Shown one piece after another: positions 59,984 through 64,000 of a stretch of 64,000 nucleotides of DNA. This stretch comes from a virus. Lineage: Duplodnaviria; Caudoviricetes. The notes beneath the pieces were generated by a model. It was not told the DNA's origin, ran no database searches, and saw nothing but the letters and a program-made list of their open reading frames with translations. Each line of letters opens with the position of its first letter. Position 1 is the first letter of the stretch. The DNA lies in IMG/VR virus record IMGVR_UViG_2684623176_000004, positions 1 through 64,000 of that record. One strand, written 5' to 3'. Both the position numbers and the translations under genes were made by a program.

Positions 59984-60034
59984 AATATACATTAGAGTTG
60001 TCAGAATTACAAGTATTTATTTTATTTTTATTCT
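59984..60034 (-). promoter_or_regulatory. aimR promoter with SPbeta repeated element
   Basis: GAATAAAAATAAAATA followed by TTGTAA-N17-TATATT. Confidence 0.7.
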
Positions 60035-60126
60035 AATTATTTTTTGAAGAATCCTTATCTGTTTAAAATTCGTATTTTATTTAAAACCTTCTCACAATAG
60101 CTTTACTGCAAGAAGGCATCTTACGA

Positions 60127-60444
60127 TCAATTTACCTCGGCATAATTCACACCGTCTAGTTTCCCGAATTCAACCTTTTCGGGAAGTATACTGATACCAC
60201 GCTTTTTCAAATCCATAGTTGTTATTACCCATCCCGTAAGGTCATTTGGCAATAAGCGAACCTCCGGCTTACCCTGGTCGTTTTCAATTGTTACTAAGGG
60301 AGTCATTTCAATAAAACCAGTTGATAGTACTTTATAGACATTTCCAACTTCAGAATCACTTTTCAGATTAGGAATTTCTAAATGTTTGATTTTCTTAATG
60401 TCTTTATAAACTTTTGCGCCTACCCCATTAACGATATATTCCAC
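60127..60444 (-). CDS. Hypothetical protein
   Basis: GAGGTGAGG RBS. Confidence 0.6.
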   Translation of the reverse strand: MEYIVNGVGAKVYKDIKKIKHLEIPNLKSDSEVGNVYKVLSTGFIEMTPLVTIENDQGKPEVRLLPNDLTGWVITTMDLKKRGISILPEKVEFGKLDGVNYAEVN

Positions 60445-60454
60445 TTACCTCACC

Positions 60455-60745
60455 TCAGACTGTAAGATTTTCAATCCTTCTAGCAAACTCGCTATAATAG
60501 GAAATCAATTGTTGATTCAAATTGTCAGATGATTTAATACCCCGCAGTGCTGAATTCTTAGCATTATTAATTAAACTTTCCATTTCAGTAAGCATTACCT
60601 CTTTTGACTCAATAATGTTGATGTCATCTGGGTAATTTCCTGATTCTATATCTTTTAGTGCCTTTTCCATAAGAATTATGGCAATTCCAATATCATTTAA
60701 ACCTTTTTCATTTAACTGATTAACCAGTAATTGTGCATTTGACAT
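60455..60745 (-). CDS. Hypothetical protein
   Basis: GGAGTGG RBS. Confidence 0.6.
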   Translation of the reverse strand: MSNAQLLVNQLNEKGLNDIGIAIILMEKALKDIESGNYPDDINIIESKEVMLTEMESLINNAKNSALRGIKSSDNLNQQLISYYSEFARRIENLTV

Positions 60746-60802
60746 ATTAACCACTCCATTCACTTTTGGCTATTTATACGAACAATTGAAAAATAGGTTT
60801 CG

Positions 60803-61399
60803 CTATTTCAAAAATTTTTTAAGTAATCTATTTGTTCGTTCTAGTTCTTGTACTATGTCGTACATATCTTTATTTGCGGAAACAGGAAGCTTTTTGTAAA
60901 TGTTTAAATTGTGTCGATAGGTATCTTTAAACTCTCTTCCTTCTTTGTTTTTATATCGAATTATTACATCCACAATTGGATATTCATCGTTTGTTCTAAT
61001 TTCATCGAAAGTTCCTGCTCTCACGTCTATTGTCTGATTGGGAGCAAGAGTTGCAATTCCATCTTTAATAATCCTAGTGTCTTTATTAAAGTCTCTAAAT
61101 TCAAATTTTCCTGAAACTTCTTCAAACTCAAAGGTAACATCACAAGCTGGGGCAGAGCCGAAGTTTTTTACAATAAAATGAATTTTAAATTTTTTAACTT
61201 CAAGGTATGCAATTACATCGGGGCTTTGATTGCTTAATAGCTCCTCTTCAGCAATCTTTATCGATTTTAAGTCAGCTGCAAGAGACCTTTTAGCTATTAT
61301 CACCGTAAAAATAGTCAGGATAAAAACCCCGAATGAACCTGAATTGTCAATAAACCATTTAAGAAAACTTTCCAAATGATGTAAGACATGTATTGTCAT
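60803..61399 (-). CDS. Protein with an N-terminal TM helix and a beta-sandwich-like domain
   Basis: Hydrophobic helix followed by VKNFGSAPA.DV. Confidence 0.65.
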   Translation of the reverse strand: MTIHVLHHLESFLKWFIDNSGSFGVFILTIFTVIIAKRSLAADLKSIKIAEEELLSNQSPDVIAYLEVKKFKIHFIVKNFGSAPACDVTFEFEEVSGKFEFRDFNKDTRIIKDGIATLAPNQTIDVRAGTFDEIRTNDEYPIVDVIIRYKNKEGREFKDTYRHNLNIYKKLPVSANKDMYDIVQELERTNRLLKKFLK

Positions 61400-61586
61400 T
61401 AATATAGTTTCCTTTCAACTTATATCAGAATTTCTTTATTCTTCAAAGCCTCTTCCATTCAACATACTCAAATCGTTGCTGATAAAGGTCTTCAAGTATT
61501 GCGGCCCATTCAACCCAGCCGTCCGCAACAATGCTTTTCTTCTCCCCATCCTCAATCCATTCAATCCAGTACACCTGCACACCCCT

Positions 61587-61802
61587 TCACCTAGTAATAA
61601 CTTCAATTTGTCTTATGGTAGAAGTGGCTTTAAACTCTGTATGCAGCTCGTTTGCGATCACTAAAGCTTCTGACATTGTAGTGAACTTAGAAGCGCCATG
61701 AAGCCCCTTAGATGTCTTATAACCACTTCCATCTAGTTTAAATGACTTGAAGTAATCATCATTTTCAAATTGAATTACAAAAAAGTTATCGATAACCGGC
61801 AT
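61587..61802 (-). CDS. Hypothetical protein (YopF-like)
   Basis: GAGGAG RBS. Confidence 0.55.
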   Translation of the reverse strand: MPVIDNFFVIQFENDDYFKSFKLDGSGYKTSKGLHGASKFTTMSEALVIANELHTEFKATSTIRQIEVITR

Positions 61803-61804
61803 AG

Positions 61805-62056
61805 CTAACTCCTCTTCAGCAGACCAGCAATTTTTATGGCCAGTGGCAGTAATCCAATCAGTATGTAAAACACCATGATATTTATTTTATTCTTAAAAAA
61901 CAGCTCAATCATATTCTGCTCCATGCCTGGTGAAAATGAATCAATCAGTTCCTGCTTAAAATCTTCATCATAAACCTGATCAACAAATAATGCCTTAAAT
62001 CCCGTTAGAAAGCCAACACCAAGCCAGAGTATTAAGAAATATGCTATTCCAATCAA
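61805..62056 (-). CDS. Membrane protein (YopE-like)
   Basis: Two TM segments; AGGAGG RBS. Confidence 0.6.
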   Translation of the reverse strand: MIGIAYFLILWLGVGFLTGFKALFVDQVYDEDFKQELIDSFSPGMEQNMIELFFKNKINIMVFYILIGLLPLAIKIAGLLKRS

Positions 62057-62126
62057 ATTAAAACCCTCCTTATATACATCGTCTGGTATTATAGTAGTGT
62101 TAAATACTTTGTGTAGGTGAAGTTTA

Positions 62127-62309
62127 ATGGAAGAGAAAGATTTTGAGACTAATGGCTACGATGTAACGGTTGTGTATGATTATAAGGAGTATCCCGATGT
62201 TAAATATGGTCGCTGTGACAACTGTGATTGCGCTTTATTCAAGAGCTCAGTGAAAAGTGGTGTGTTTTTACGTGAGTGTCGTAGATGTGGTATGAAGAAG
62301 AGCATTTAA
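62127..62309 (+). CDS. Small Zn-ribbon protein
   Basis: CDNC...CRRC; AGGTG RBS; terminator hairpin at 62299-62322. Confidence 0.6.
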   Translation: MEEKDFETNGYDVTVVYDYKEYPDVKYGRCDNCDCALFKSSVKSGVFLRECRRCGMKKSI

Positions 62310-62319
62310 ATGCTCTTTT

Positions 62320-62544
62320 TTATTTCACTGGATCCATGTAGCTTACATATACTTCAATTCCATCTTCAGTTTTATATTCTGCAATCCTGTCTGGATCAGC
62401 TTCAATCTTCTCTATTAGTCGTTTCGCATCCTTGTTCCTCCTTGCAGTATTGGAAACTACAATCCAAGACCAATAATTCCATTCAGAGATGCAAGACTTA
62501 ATCTTTTCTGGTATCTTATGACCTATTGTGTAAACCTTGATCAT
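62320..62544 (-). CDS. Hypothetical protein
   Basis: AGGAGGAG RBS. Confidence 0.55.
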   Translation of the reverse strand: MIKVYTIGHKIPEKIKSCISEWNYWSWIVVSNTARRNKDAKRLIEKIEADPDRIAEYKTEDGIEVYVSYMDPVK

Positions 62545-62650
62545 TTATTCGTCTCCTCCTATAAAATAATGCTTGTTCTTGATCCCTTTGCCTCTGCAAA
62601 AAAAGTCTGCAACGTGATAAGGTTAACCAAATTACCTTAGGAGTGTTTGC

Positions 62651-62881
62651 ATGCTAAAAGCTACAAAAATTCTCATTTCATTTATGGCGTTGTTACTAGC
62701 CGTGTATACTCTGTTTAATCAAAGTGGATTCCTGTTGATTTCTCTTCAGGTATTAGTTGCAGTTCTTTTTATCATAGTCGGGCTGGAATTACTTTCAAAG
62801 AAACAAAAGAGCTATGGATATATCTTCTTTGGAACATCCGCCTTTATACTTGCCGTGAACATTATTAAATTCATGATTTAA
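62651..62881 (+). CDS. Small three-TM membrane protein
   Basis: AGGAG RBS; hydrophobic. Confidence 0.6.
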   Translation: MLKATKILISFMALLLAVYTLFNQSGFLLISLQVLVAVLFIIVGLELLSKKQKSYGYIFFGTSAFILAVNIIKFMI

Positions 62882-62971
62882 ACCTCAGATGATAGTGCCT
62901 TTATGTATCTCAATCTCTTGTTGAATACATAGTCTTCCAGCCCATCTCAATTTATAATTTTTCTTATCTCA

Positions 62972-63199
62972 TTATTTAATCCAATGAGCTGGTGGAACGC
63001 TTAGCACCTGATATTGTTCATCTAAGTAAGCATGTTTCCTCTCCCAATCACTTTTCTTCCATGCTTCTTGATTTGAGTATGATGTATCTTTTGGTTTTGG
63101 ATAGTCTCCATTTACCCAACCATTTTCAATATGATTTAGTTTCGCTTCGCTGCCTTCATCATTGTATTTATACCAAACTGTAATCATTTTGACGGCCAT
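62972..63199 (-). CDS. Hypothetical protein
   Basis: AGGAGAGG RBS. Confidence 0.55.
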   Translation of the reverse strand: MAVKMITVWYKYNDEGSEAKLNHIENGWVNGDYPKPKDTSYSNQEAWKKSDWERKHAYLDEQYQVLSVPPAHWIK

Positions 63200-63244
63200 A
63201 AGACATCCTCTCCTTTTAAAATCCTAGTTTTCTTTAGTTTTTCG

Positions 63245-63859
63245 TTACTCAGACAAATCGGCTAGATAATCAAAATAAGCTTCATCATTCATCGCTTCTA
63301 CATCAGGGTCATCAATCAAGTCTTGTTCAAAAAGTTCAAATCTTGCATCTTCTACTAAGCTACTTAGTCCTTCTATATGCTGAGAGAAGAAACGGATTGT
63401 ATTTTCATAACATATTTCTAACCTTTTTACCATCGCTTTAAATTCACCTTCATTTAGATTAATTTCATAATGCATTATTTGATTTCTTTTTTTATTTAAA
63501 TAGTCAAGACTGCGTTTTAAGTAAGAACAGACATCCATATCACACAACAATTCCAACCTTTTAATTGCTTCAAAAATGCCAATTGTCTGCAATTTCGGCT
63601 TAACTTCAAACACATTACTCTTTCCATTTGAACGCATTTCTTCTTTAGCATTCATGTAGGCTTTAATATCAACAAATACTAAACACTCTGATCTCTGTTT
63701 AAGAAGGAATTTAAAAAGGATTTCATTTGCATGGTTCAAAGAAAGAATGGCATCTTTAACTCTATGCTCTACCCCTTCACAAAGAAAGTGAGTATTCTCT
63801 AGAGAATTATACGTAGCTTTTAAAGAGTCAACCCCATTTGCTTGTAAGCTTAATTTCAT
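63245..63859 (-). CDS. HEPN-like domain protein
   Basis: AI..L.HA.E...K N-terminal motif and RNQIMH (Rx4H). Confidence 0.65.
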   Translation of the reverse strand: MKLSLQANGVDSLKATYNSLENTHFLCEGVEHRVKDAILSLNHANEILFKFLLKQRSECLVFVDIKAYMNAKEEMRSNGKSNVFEVKPKLQTIGIFEAIKRLELLCDMDVCSYLKRSLDYLNKKRNQIMHYEINLNEGEFKAMVKRLEICYENTIRFFSQHIEGLSSLVEDARFELFEQDLIDDPDVEAMNDEAYFDYLADLSE

Positions 63860-64000
63860 TGTACCCTCTCCTTTTAAGACTGGTTTCAATTCAACTTAAT
63901 CAATCCTTGAGAACAGCTCGTTCATTACTCTGTCAGGATCAATACCATTACTATCTAGATTTTTACTTAGCTGCTCCAATAACAGGGAAATCTCATCTCG

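Larger units (their letters stand above)
3459..60034 (-). repeat. SPbeta repeated element-like motif (minus strand ~GRATAAAAATAAAATA), about 20 co-oriented copies
   Basis: Examples near 3460, 9050, 9140, 10947, 18132, 22652, 22912, 23626, 29027, 39946, 40383, 45370, 48012, 52497, 52785, 54003, 57981, 58279 and 60017. Confidence 0.8.
3480..63232. repeat. Dispersed 16-bp palindrome TAAAA-N6-TTTTA at gene junctions
   Basis: Perfect copies start at 3480, 5480, 11783, 19619, 20014, 21627, 22642, 23644, 25058, 41430, 44086, 45032, 47289, 49791, 50118, 50408, 51252, 52486 and 60064. One-mismatch copies start at 5261, 7314, 18866, 24464, 44372 and 63217. Confidence 0.85.
1604..64000. mobile_element. 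SPbeta/phi3T-like temperate prophage (partial; continues beyond the window)
   Basis: yot/yos/yor/yoq/yop-like gene order, nrdIEF, thyA, DnaE, sro operon and arbitrium locus; low GC. Confidence 0.97.

Noticed and set aside
3459-60034. Repeated AT-rich motifs as a CRISPR array or tandem repeat
   Set aside because: Copies are dispersed at irregular, often kb-scale distances, with no repeat-spacer periodicity and no cas genes
822-63183. Many 60-160-aa ORFs antisense to or nested in real genes (e.g. 822-1043, 17284-17532, 26997-27362, 43535-44014, 59236-59592)
   Set aside because: Shadow frames of well-supported genes, with no RBS or recognisable motifs
1-64000. tRNA/rRNA genes, IS elements, and DSAD1- or Gad1-type anti-defence genes
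   Set aside because: I recognised no cloverleaf, rRNA, transposase or matching protein by eye; a dedicated search was not possible

Overview
Bases 1-~1603 are Bacillus host chromosome (B. subtilis group, likely velezensis/amyloliquefaciens-like). They carry an LCI-fold antimicrobial peptide gene and the 3' part of pbuX. From ~1604 to the end of the window lies one arm of an SPbeta/phi3T-like prophage integrated inside pbuX, with almost all genes on the minus strand. In order it carries: a putative RDF and a RecU-like resolvase; a small-gene accessory array with sspC; dfr, thyA and dUTPase; nrdI-nrdE-nrdF-thioredoxin, with a group I intron plus HNH endonuclease in nrdE; a DNA methylase and a NARP1-type NAD+-reconstitution pair; the yor replication core; yorA, a PGA hydrolase, SRAP and ligB; the sro repressor operon; and a complete phi3T-type arbitrium locus (aimR, aimP with SAIRGA, aimX). 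The most striking unexplained signal is a 16-bp palindrome, TAAAA-N6-TTTTA (19 perfect and about 6 near-perfect copies counted by eye). It sits at gene junctions in the accessory regions and I did not see it in the core replication or repressor modules. This resembles a tyrosine-recombinase gene-cassette array, and the prophage encodes a catalytically intact tyrosine recombinase (YopP/SroD-like) with no obvious integration role. A second unusual signal is frequent use of near-cognate start codons (ATA/ATT/CTG/TTA) behind strong RBSs. All gene names come from recalled similarity and synteny, not from database searches.
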